In this document: piece by piece, positions 31,170 to 39,996 of the stretch
Numbering within the stretch: the first letter of the stretch is position 1
Layout of the letters: each line of letters opens with the position of its first letter
From: Candidatus Thorarchaeota archaeon
Lineage (GTDB): Archaea > Asgardarchaeota > Thorarchaeia > Thorarchaeales > Thorarchaeaceae
DNA length: 64,000 bases
Reading direction: 5' to 3'
Assembly (NCBI GenBank): GCA_016933575.1
Contig: JAFGAR010000101.1
Span: 96,001-160,000, forward strand
Notes under the pieces: model-generated
What the model was told of the DNA's origin: nothing
What the model saw: the letters and a program-made list of their open reading frames with translations, nothing else
Databases searched by the model: none
Translations under genes and position numbers: made by a program

Positions 31170-32636
31170 ATGATTGACCTCACAAAGAATGAGACCCAAC
31201 TAAAGAGAACTGTTGAGCGTTGCCGCGAACGAAATATTGTGATTCCAACTTTTGCTCAGATGAAGGACCCCAGCACAGTCCCAAAGAAGATCAAGGATGA
31301 CCTTCGCAACATCGAATTATGGGATGTTGTTCCTCAGAATCTATTTAGAATCACTTGGAAGAACGAACCTATTGAGAAGGGAGGTCTCTATCAGCCTCTT
31401 GCAAACTATATGGAGATTCCTCCAGAGCTCACTGGTGTTGAAGCACGGATCATTGCTTTAGTAGGAAAGTGGTTTCCCACTGGTGCACATAAGGTAGGCG
31501 CGACGTTTGGTTGTTTAGTACCTCCCCTTGTAACAGGTCAGTTTGACCCCACTTATCATAAAGCCGTCTGGCCATCCACAGGTAACTACTGCCGTGGTGG
31601 TGCCTATGATGCAACTCTTCTTGCGTGTGAGAGTGTCGCAATTCTACCAGAGGAAATGAGTCAGGAGCGTTTCGATTGGCTCAAGACGGTAGCTGGTGAG
31701 ATCATTGCTACTCCGGGGTGTGAGAGTAACGTAAAGGAGATCTACGACAAGGTCTGGGAACTAAGAAGGACTCGTGAAGATGTCTTTGTATTCAACCAAT
31801 TCTCCGAATTTGGTAACTACCTCTTTCACTATGATGTTACAGGTCATGCAATGGATGAAGTTCTTCATCACGAGCTTGGAAATGACACATATCGCGGAGT
31901 CTGCTTAACGACTGGTTCTGCCGGTACTCTTGGTTGCGGGGACTATCTAAAGCAGGCTTATCCAACATCTAAGATTGCCGCTGGCGAGGCTGTTCAATGT
32001 CCGACACTATGGCTCAATGGATATGGTGGGCACAGAATTGAGGGGATTGGTGATAAGCACGTCCCGTGGATCCACAACGTGCGAAACACGGACTTGATTA
32101 TTGCGATTGATGATGAGGATACAATGAATCTCATGAGATTGTTCAATGAACCAGAGGGTCGGAAATATCTCATTGATGAGATTGGTGTTCCTGAAGAGAT
32201 TGTCACCCAATTGGACCTCTTAGGGATTTCAAGTATTGCGAACCTGCTGATGAGTATTAAATTCGCGAAGTATTATGAACTCACAAAGAATGACGTTGTC
32301 CTCACTGTCTTCACGGATTCCATGGAGATGTACCAATCACGAATGCGTGAGGGTCGAGAAGCACATGGTAAGTACACTGGGAAGACTGCAGTGAAAGATT
32401 ATCACGGCTATTTAATGGCTCAGAAACAGGATGCTATAATCGAGTTGAACCATTATGATAAGAAGCGAGTTCACCATCTCAAATATTTCACATGGATTGA
32501 ACAGCAAGGATTTGAACTAGACGAACTCAATGCTCAATGGTACGACTATCCAGCATATTGGGAACGAATCCAGCAAGTAACTCCTAAAATCGATGAGTTA
32601 ATTGTCGAGTTCAATGATAGAGTCGGATTAATCTAG
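31170..32636 (+). CDS. Fold-type II PLP-dependent enzyme (cysteine synthase / Trp synthase beta-like), function unknown
   Basis: FPTGAHKVGA (PLP Lys), PSTGNYCRGG, TGSAGT, HRIEGIGDKH; GAGGA RBS before ATG 31170. Confidence 0.85.
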   Translation: MIDLTKNETQLKRTVERCRERNIVIPTFAQMKDPSTVPKKIKDDLRNIELWDVVPQNLFRITWKNEPIEKGGLYQPLANYMEIPPELTGVEARIIALVGKWFPTGAHKVGATFGCLVPPLVTGQFDPTYHKAVWPSTGNYCRGGAYDATLLACESVAILPEEMSQERFDWLKTVAGEIIATPGCESNVKEIYDKVWELRRTREDVFVFNQFSEFGNYLFHYDVTGHAMDEVLHHELGNDTYRGVCLTTGSAGTLGCGDYLKQAYPTSKIAAGEAVQCPTLWLNGYGGHRIEGIGDKHVPWIHNVRNTDLIIAIDDEDTMNLMRLFNEPEGRKYLIDEIGVPEEIVTQLDLLGISSIANLLMSIKFAKYYELTKNDVVLTVFTDSMEMYQSRMREGREAHGKYTGKTAVKDYHGYLMAQKQDAIIELNHYDKKRVHHLKYFTWIEQQGFELDELNAQWYDYPAYWERIQQVTPKIDELIVEFNDRVGLI

Positions 32637-32883
32637 ATACCAACTAGCAAGAATGAATTTATCATACGAAATTCAGGGCAATTGGAAAGAATAGGTCCGA
32701 GTTCTAGTAAATTCCTTAGCCTATTGCTTGATGAGTATAACTGCAATTTGCTAAAATAGAGATTCTCATAAAATATTCTGAGCTGGAGAATCGATGTAGA
32801 GTAACAAGACAGTTTAACTGTGCGGAAGTCAGTTACTAACAGGCTCCGCTTGGGAAAATTGGCATACTCATGGAGGGTATCTC

Positions 32884-35800
32884 TTGAAATATAATATCAT
32901 AGATATGATTCAGATATTTTGTATCATGATGCTATGTACTCCAGTAGCTCCTCCTCTAAATCACTCTTCTATTGTTTCAATGCAATATGCAAAGAATACT
33001 CAAGCTAATGTATCGCCCGAGCCCTCTCAGATCATCGACGCTCACACCGGAACACTCAGTCCCGTTTTGATAGAACATACAGCAAGAGGTATAGATTCTT
33101 CCACATTTTATTCTGTACGAACTGATATTGCCGCAAATCCCTCGTCAGAAGTATTTCTTCCTGTTGGTGCAGAAGGCAACCTCTATTCAGTAGATTGTAC
33201 TGATGGACACTTCCTTGTAGGAGCAGGAGGCTTAACTGACTTTGGCTCTCCTGAAGGCACATTGTCTCTTTGGATTAAGTGGGACAATGGTGCTCCTAAT
33301 GGTCGTTTCTGGGGTCAGCACACTAATTTTGAAACAAGATGGTCAAGTAATAGACTAGTTATTGATTGGGGCGGCGACACAACTCTCCAAGGCACTAAGA
33401 ACAATTGGATTGTTGATAAATGGTATTTCATTGCCATCACTTGGAATCAAGACACCAATTCTCTGGGAATATACTGGGGCGATGAAGAATTACTACCCAT
33501 TGAAGACGCATCTTCCTCAATATGGACTGGATCTGTCATCGGTTTACTTTCAGAGAACGATATAATGTGTTCTAGAGGTTCAACCAGTTATCGAGTTGAT
33601 GGTCACGTAGACGATTTTAGATACTATTCCGTAGAACGAAGTATTGATGATTTGCAGAGTGATTACAAAACACCATTGATTGGCGATGAGCCATATCTTG
33701 AGCATTACTATAATTTTGAGAATAATCTTCTGGATTCTGCTGGTACTTCCAATTTAATGCAGAGCGGGACTACATTCTTCAGTCAGGATGTGGTCTACGA
33801 AGTAGGTGGATGGCAAGGGGAGCAGATTGAAGTTGATATTCAAGAATTACACAGTCTTTATGCATTGTATGGCTCTTTTGAAACGGGTCTGCCCGGAACG
33901 AATGTGGACTGGAATGGAGATGGAACATACTATGCAAACGGATGGCGAGCTCGTCGAGATGTTATAACTTACCAAGGAAGACAAAGGACATCATATACTA
34001 GTACAGGTTCTAAATATATCACTCTTGAAAATGAAGGCTATGAAGATCCCAGCTCCCCCAATGCTTATCGTCATTATAACAGCACATACATCTATTGGTA
34101 CCAGAATATCGACAACTCTGACCAAGCAGAAGAATTCGAATTTAGCATGAGCTATCTCTATCAGAGAGGTCCCATTGGGTCTAATTTCTCTGGTAATTTC
34201 ATGTTTAGTTTTGAGATCTTTAATGGTTCCTTACTTCTCTGGAATTGGTCCATTGACCCAACAGAGATCTCACAGAGAGGTTTGTGGTATGTACTCAATC
34301 CAATACCTGTAGAACTTCCTAGTCTCCTTTCATCCTTTCAAGCACGAATAAGTTTGAACGTAAACACAAGCTCGTCATATATTGAAATTCCCGATGACGA
34401 TTCCGATTTGGATGGGGATTCAGCGAATGGTATGTTCATCACTTTTCAGGTTGATGATATTTCCTTAATTTCAGTGAACACTCCCAGTTTTGAAAGCGTT
34501 GAACTAGAAATAGACACCCCTCCTTTAGGTACAATTCCCGTCAATGGATCAACTGGTTCGACTACTATATTACTGAATTACAGCTACTGGGATAAGGCAG
34601 CAATTCCCTTTAGCTTCTCATCAAATTCGAGCATCTCATTCGAGTTCTCTGCACGAGTCAGTATTATGTCCAGATACTCCAACTCAACATTTTCGCAGAA
34701 TCTTGAGCATCATGGAATTGCTTATGATATCGAGCTTAATCAGAATGCTTCGCTGTCATTCTACACCTATATGCCATCTTACTCTGGTGTTACTGATATT
34801 GGCTTCATAGTATCTTTTCCCAAAGATTGGAGTGATCCGCTCGTTGAAGATCCTTTTGGCCACGATGTATCTGACATAATGGAATGGAATTGTGGATGTA
34901 TTGAAGCTCCTCCAGGTAGTGTGGGCTTTGTTGGTTGGTGGAAAATCAGTCTGAATGGACCTAACTATGCAAAGTCATTAGCCACTGAGCAGCATACTTG
35001 TACTTCATGGGTGACTTCAGCAGGCTATAGAAGTAATGATCAACTTCGGACTAGAGCAGTAATTGGTAGCAGTACAAGCTATCCAAAAGATGTAATCGAC
35101 GCAGAATTTGTCTGGTATAATCCATCAGGTAACCCTTGGTATTCCTGTATCAGCAGTAGCTCCAATACTTCGACGGTAATAAGTAGTAGCACCACTTTCG
35201 GTGCAAATAACGCATCTGTGGGCATCTGGTCGATAACATTGTTTTGGAATAATGGTACAGAGATTGGTTTCGGATTAACACAGTTCCAGCTCTTTCATCG
35301 GCTAACAATTTTTCCACAAACTCCAAGTTTTGAAATCGAACCTGGTGAATCATTCACTGCGGCTATTTTTCTTTATGACCATGACAATGGAAATCCCATT
35401 CTGAGTGATGCTACTATTGTTGGTAATTGGTCGACAGAAACTATTCAATTCAACCCCAACTTAGCAAAAGGATGGTGGGAGGCTGATTTCAATTCATCAG
35501 CAATTGGCACTGGTGACTTTGTCGTTGTGATCTTTGTTACACTAGATTTCTATGAGACTGAAAGCTGCACAATTAATCTTCAGATTCCTCTGGCAGAATC
35601 TCTGGCTATGATTACACTGCGTGCAAGCATCTTAGGTGCAATTTCAGTAGCAGTGTTTTTTGCAGTATTGATGGGCAGTAGAAGATTATATTTGACTACG
35701 AAGACAAGAAGGCGTCTGGAACTACTTGAGCTTAAAGCTCGACTTGAAGATGCAAAGAACATAATTGGCCTTTTGGTCATTCATCGCTCCATGGGACTCT

Positions 35801-36381
35801 CAATATACTCAAGGATTATCAAGGGTGGATTTGAAGAGTCTATGTTGAGTTCTTTTATTTCCGCACTCTCACAATTTAGAGCTGAATTTTCATGGGACGA
35901 ACCAAAACTAACTGCTATCCCAATAACCGAAGTCATCACAGCTGTACTTACTGATACTATGATTTGCGCGTTAATAACGGTAGAAAACGCATCTGACAAT
36001 CTAAAAACTCAACTTGAATCATTTGGGAGAGAGATGGGCTCGTCATATGATGAGGATGATGCTACACTGCAAAAGATGGCTAAGATGTCGAACATGAATG
36101 AATCAATAGATAGAGTATTCGAAACTCATTTTGATTGCCCATTAATGGATCGTTATATTGGAATAAAGACTGACATTCCAAAGCATCTCATGCTACTATC
36201 CGACCTTTTTGAAACAGTGGATGTTGATACTGGCCTGTTGCCCGATGCTATGATTAAATCAATAATCGTGCTCGGTCAGAGTGAAAAACGCGCGTATGAA
36301 CTCGTCTTTGAAGCAATTGACCAAGGATATCTTATAGTAGCTGAGCAAGAGCCTCCATCAACCACGAGCTCTAAGACCTGA
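32884..36381 (+). CDS. Type-I membrane protein: LamG-like + beta-sandwich ectodomain, TM, cytoplasmic longin/roadblock-like domain
   Basis: GTLSLWIKW, WYFIAITW, G.VDDFRYY (LamG); TM near 35620-35680; IIGLLVIHRSMGLSIYS...MLSSFISALSQF. Start codon uncertain. Confidence 0.75.
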   Translation: MKYNIIDMIQIFCIMMLCTPVAPPLNHSSIVSMQYAKNTQANVSPEPSQIIDAHTGTLSPVLIEHTARGIDSSTFYSVRTDIAANPSSEVFLPVGAEGNLYSVDCTDGHFLVGAGGLTDFGSPEGTLSLWIKWDNGAPNGRFWGQHTNFETRWSSNRLVIDWGGDTTLQGTKNNWIVDKWYFIAITWNQDTNSLGIYWGDEELLPIEDASSSIWTGSVIGLLSENDIMCSRGSTSYRVDGHVDDFRYYSVERSIDDLQSDYKTPLIGDEPYLEHYYNFENNLLDSAGTSNLMQSGTTFFSQDVVYEVGGWQGEQIEVDIQELHSLYALYGSFETGLPGTNVDWNGDGTYYANGWRARRDVITYQGRQRTSYTSTGSKYITLENEGYEDPSSPNAYRHYNSTYIYWYQNIDNSDQAEEFEFSMSYLYQRGPIGSNFSGNFMFSFEIFNGSLLLWNWSIDPTEISQRGLWYVLNPIPVELPSLLSSFQARISLNVNTSSSYIEIPDDDSDLDGDSANGMFITFQVDDISLISVNTPSFESVELEIDTPPLGTIPVNGSTGSTTILLNYSYWDKAAIPFSFSSNSSISFEFSARVSIMSRYSNSTFSQNLEHHGIAYDIELNQNASLSFYTYMPSYSGVTDIGFIVSFPKDWSDPLVEDPFGHDVSDIMEWNCGCIEAPPGSVGFVGWWKISLNGPNYAKSLATEQHTCTSWVTSAGYRSNDQLRTRAVIGSSTSYPKDVIDAEFVWYNPSGNPWYSCISSSSNTSTVISSSTTFGANNASVGIWSITLFWNNGTEIGFGLTQFQLFHRLTIFPQTPSFEIEPGESFTAAIFLYDHDNGNPILSDATIVGNWSTETIQFNPNLAKGWWEADFNSSAIGTGDFVVVIFVTLDFYETESCTINLQIPLAESLAMITLRASILGAISVAVFFAVLMGSRRLYLTTKTRRRLELLELKARLEDAKNIIGLLVIHRSMGLSIYSRIIKGGFEESMLSSFISALSQFRAEFSWDEPKLTAIPITEVITAVLTDTMICALITVENASDNLKTQLESFGREMGSSYDEDDATLQKMAKMSNMNESIDRVFETHFDCPLMDRYIGIKTDIPKHLMLLSDLFETVDVDTGLLPDAMIKSIIVLGQSEKRAYELVFEAIDQGYLIVAEQEPPSTTSSKT

Positions 36382-36465
36382 ATCCACTCCTAAAAATTGC
36401 CAACATGGGTCAAAGACTCGTATTTATCAATGTAATATGAAAACTGGAGATTGGTTGCAGCCTCA

Positions 36466-37587
36466 ATGGAAGACATAGTTATTAGATATTGGAGCCCCCA
36501 TGGAAGACAAGAGGAAACAAAGTTTCAAAGCAGTCACTCTAAAATTGATCTGGTCATGCGGGCTGCTCAGAGGGTTGATTTACAGAACATTACGAATTGC
36601 ACCAATTTGGAAGTACTTGATCTCTCCAATAATATGCTTGATGAAATAGACCTCTCTCCATTATCTATGTGTTCAAAACTTGTAGAACTTAGATTGAAAA
36701 ATAACCATCTTACACATCTCAATCTCTGGCCTCTAGTTGATTCTACAAGCCTTAAAGAAATTGATATATCTAATAACAGAATTCATGGTCTTGATTTAAC
36801 ACCTATCTTTCTAAAATCCCGTGTGCGCATGGATGCATCTGTAGTTGTTTCAGCCGATTACATTCTTCGTTTTCTTTTTGCTAGTGAATCTCTTACTAGT
36901 TCCTTCCATCTCATTAGACCCGATGGAGCACCATGGACCGCTCCACCTGTGATCATCTGGAATACCTATGTAGACCTTTCAAAAACATTGCTTTGGCGGA
37001 TAATCTATCCAAGAATAGAATCAGTACTTGCAATGGTATCCAAAGACAAGTGGTTTGGTGCACAAAGAGGATTGTTGGAGGGGATTGGCATAGGCGAACT
37101 TGCAGGATATGATGGCAATCCTAACAATCTCCTCGATAATGTTGACTCATCTGTTTCTTTTGAAGAAGCCAGACACATGATATTTGATAATGCAGTAGAA
37201 CTTCTAGATGAACAGATCGAGAACAATGGTCCTACATTGTTCCTTGATATTGAACATCTGAAACGGACAAGAGCCTCGAAATTGATACCTCATATTGTAG
37301 AAAGACGAAAACGAGAGATTGAAGAAATTACAATTCAAATGAAGGGTAGTAAGGTGTTTCTGCATCCATTATTACTTACATACTATGGCTATTCCATTAT
37401 GAAAGCCACTGGTTCTGGATTGATAACAGATTCCAATGGTTTCAATATCATCAAAAATGCATTCCGAGAATTGGATATTGAGATTATAACAAAGAAAGTC
37501 GTTTCCGTAAATAGGTCCTATCTGGGAATCGCATCAAAGAGCATGTATAACCATGTTGTAGATTTCTTTGAAGGTCGGTTCGACTAA
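36466..37587 (+). CDS. Leucine-rich repeat protein
   Basis: LEVLDLSNNMLDEIDLSPL, LVELRLKNNHLTHLNL, LKEIDISNNRIHGLDL. Confidence 0.85.
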   Translation: MEDIVIRYWSPHGRQEETKFQSSHSKIDLVMRAAQRVDLQNITNCTNLEVLDLSNNMLDEIDLSPLSMCSKLVELRLKNNHLTHLNLWPLVDSTSLKEIDISNNRIHGLDLTPIFLKSRVRMDASVVVSADYILRFLFASESLTSSFHLIRPDGAPWTAPPVIIWNTYVDLSKTLLWRIIYPRIESVLAMVSKDKWFGAQRGLLEGIGIGELAGYDGNPNNLLDNVDSSVSFEEARHMIFDNAVELLDEQIENNGPTLFLDIEHLKRTRASKLIPHIVERRKREIEEITIQMKGSKVFLHPLLLTYYGYSIMKATGSGLITDSNGFNIIKNAFRELDIEIITKKVVSVNRSYLGIASKSMYNHVVDFFEGRFD

Positions 37588-37667
37588 TAGGATGATAAAT
37601 TACCTTCTTCGACAGTTTAAATTATAGAGATGTCCGAATACAGAGTTCACTGGAAGTGCTCATATCT

Positions 37668-38264
37668 ATGGCAAACGACAAGAAGATATTCTCAACACCT
37701 CTTGTAAAAGTCAAGATTAGTAGATTTCGAGCTCCAAATATCTGTCCCGTCTGTGGTGCACCTTCAACGCACACCACAATGATATCAACCAAACCTACAA
37801 ACAAGGTATGGTTACGGCCATCGTGGAATCCTGGTTATAGTCCTACCAGTAGAAGGAGATATGGAATCTCTCAACCACAATCAAAGATCTTTCTCATCGA
37901 TGTATGTGATGAGCATTATTTCACAGATGATGCAAATCTCCGTTTTCGAGGATTTACGATGTGTCTCGCAGCACTACTTATCGGTATGTCTGTTTTTGCA
38001 CTGATGTTCGCAGGGTATGACTTGTCAGCAGGACATGGAATTCATCCTTTGTCGTACCTTTACATTGTTGTACTGAGTCTCTCCATAATCCTAGGTTTCT
38101 TTGCATTTCGTCCAACTGCTCTTGAATCTGCTTTCAGAATTATTGGTTTTGATTTTGATGTGCAATATGTATGGTTAGAATTGAAGAATCCTAATTATCG
38201 ACATAAATTCATTGAAGAAAATAAAGCTGGTGCTGAACTAGTTACTTGGATTGTAAAAGCTTGA
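37668..38264 (+). CDS. Zn-ribbon-like protein with 2 TM helices
   Basis: CPVC...VCDEH followed by two hydrophobic helices. Confidence 0.7.
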   Translation: MANDKKIFSTPLVKVKISRFRAPNICPVCGAPSTHTTMISTKPTNKVWLRPSWNPGYSPTSRRRYGISQPQSKIFLIDVCDEHYFTDDANLRFRGFTMCLAALLIGMSVFALMFAGYDLSAGHGIHPLSYLYIVVLSLSIILGFFAFRPTALESAFRIIGFDFDVQYVWLELKNPNYRHKFIEENKAGAELVTWIVKA

Positions 38265-38265
38265 A

Positions 38266-39702
38266 CTATTTTTCTCTCTGTTCCTTAATCTTGTAGTAAC
38301 GGCACACTCTCGCAAGTGCATTTACGGCCTCACTAATATTTCGGAAAACTGGTAACCCTGCGTCAACAAAGACTTGCCAAGCCTCAGCTCGTGGAATAGG
38401 GTATGCGATATCTGGAATCGCAACAAGAACTGGTTTCTTTAGTTTATCAACTACATATTTGCCTGCCTTTGCCATAGCTCTCCAATAGTCGACTAAGGAG
38501 TCCTGAGCATCCATAATAGACGCAACTTGATGCATATTGTGAACATCAGCTTCGAAGATTAATGATGAGAATCGCGGTTCTTCTCCAACTATCTGTATGA
38601 CTTCAGATGTTGTCTGGTCCTGATAATAGTCTGCCGCTAAGTCTATGGGATTTCCCAATCCTGTACCCACATCTCGAATGAGTGGTTCAAGTCTCTCAAG
38701 TGTTTCTTTTGACGTCGGAGGAACTAATAATCCACTCTCAATACAGAGATCAGTATAGATAACACTCGTTCCACCACTAATAGCTACAAGTCCAACAGCT
38801 TCAGTTTTAGGTTGTGGGCTAAGAGAAAAGATACTAAGTGTCGCAATAAGATCTTCAAGCGTATTTACAGTCAGTACATTCGCCTGATGAAATGCTGCTG
38901 CCCATATTTCTCTATTCCCAGCCAATGCTCCTGTATGAGATGAAGCCGCCCGTGATCCCTCAATAGATCTTCCACCCTTAAGTACAACCAGTGGTTTTTT
39001 CTTAGCAGCACTAATCATAGCCTCAAGAATTTCACGACCGTTCTTTGCACCTTCGATGTAAGCTCCAATTGCCTTTGTTTTTGTGTCGTCTCCTAAATAG
39101 TCCAAGAGTTCTTGTGGTCGAATATCTACTTGGTTTCCAAAACTGAATACCTTACTAAAACCGACTCCGGCCTCAACTCCTGATGTATAGGTAGCAATCG
39201 CTACGCCTCCTGATTGAGAGAGAAAACCAACATCTCCTGCCAGTCTCTTTACGGTGGGCATAAAAGCGAAGCCTAGTTCAGGAAACATGAGTCCCATACA
39301 ATTCGGACCAAACGCGCGCATTTCCAATCCATCAAGAATATTCTGAACCTCTATTTCTCGCTGCCGCCCTTCATCAGTCCCAAGTTCTGAAAATCCACTT
39401 GTGAATATCGTTACACCTTTAGCTCCTTTCTCATGGCATTCTTTCAAAGTCTGTGGGACGTATTTGTAAGGTACCGCTATGATGGCATAGTCAATATTCT
39501 CCGGTATTTCTGAGAGGTCTGTGTATATCTTGTGACCCATGACCTCTCCGCCACGTTTTGAAACTAACCAGATCCTAAGTTCATGATCCCATTGTAACAT
39601 AGAATGAACCCAATAATAGCCAAGCTTCGCTGAAACTCCAACTATGGCAACTGATTGTATCTTGAGCATTTCTTCAATAGTTGGTCGTTTCTTCTGTTTC
39701 AT
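38266..39702 (-). CDS. Acyl-CoA synthetase (ADP/NDP-forming) alpha-subunit family
   Basis: SVAIVGVS, SGFSE, GPNCMG, SQSGG, SHTGALAG (phospho-His), NPIDL; no ATP-grasp domain. Confidence 0.88.
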   Translation of the reverse strand: MKQKKRPTIEEMLKIQSVAIVGVSAKLGYYWVHSMLQWDHELRIWLVSKRGGEVMGHKIYTDLSEIPENIDYAIIAVPYKYVPQTLKECHEKGAKGVTIFTSGFSELGTDEGRQREIEVQNILDGLEMRAFGPNCMGLMFPELGFAFMPTVKRLAGDVGFLSQSGGVAIATYTSGVEAGVGFSKVFSFGNQVDIRPQELLDYLGDDTKTKAIGAYIEGAKNGREILEAMISAAKKKPLVVLKGGRSIEGSRAASSHTGALAGNREIWAAAFHQANVLTVNTLEDLIATLSIFSLSPQPKTEAVGLVAISGGTSVIYTDLCIESGLLVPPTSKETLERLEPLIRDVGTGLGNPIDLAADYYQDQTTSEVIQIVGEEPRFSSLIFEADVHNMHQVASIMDAQDSLVDYWRAMAKAGKYVVDKLKKPVLVAIPDIAYPIPRAEAWQVFVDAGLPVFRNISEAVNALARVCRYYKIKEQREK

Positions 39703-39792
39703 CTGGCTAGCTCCGCGTTAAGCGACGAAAATAGTCTTCGATTTAAGACTACCTGATTGGTGTAATGATTAGAAAAACAAGGGTGAGGAGAG

Positions 39793-39902
39793 GCGTCGGT
39801 TGATTTCGAGGACTCGAGGAGTTAAAGTCTGCCTGCGGAAACAGACTTGGACCTGGGAGGGTTTCCATGAAGTCAATGTTCGATTTTATAACTAACCGAC
39901 GC
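39793..39902. ncRNA. Candidate ~110-nt structured RNA
   Basis: Perfect terminal stem GCGTCGGTT/AACCGACGC and internal AAGTCTG/CAGACTT hairpin; on the minus strand a TATA-rich upstream region and a pyrimidine/T tract downstream. Confidence 0.5.
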
Positions 39903-39996
39903 ACTTATTGTTATATACTATTAACATATAATATATAGTATGTTGGTATATATCATACCAGTGTAATACGTATACCGTTCGATTAATACGTCTAAA

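Noticed and set aside
32660-32740. Possible hammerhead ribozyme (ATAC-GAAA...TTGATGA-GTAT)
   Set aside because: The core reads UUGAUGA rather than CUGAUGA, and stem I cannot form next to the putative cleavage site.
39843-39861. ACTTGGACCTGGGAGGG resembling the U1 snRNA 5' end, and a 23-codon ORF after GGAGG
   Set aside because: The match is short and imperfect with no U1 stem-loops or Sm site; the ORF runs into AT-rich promoter sequence.
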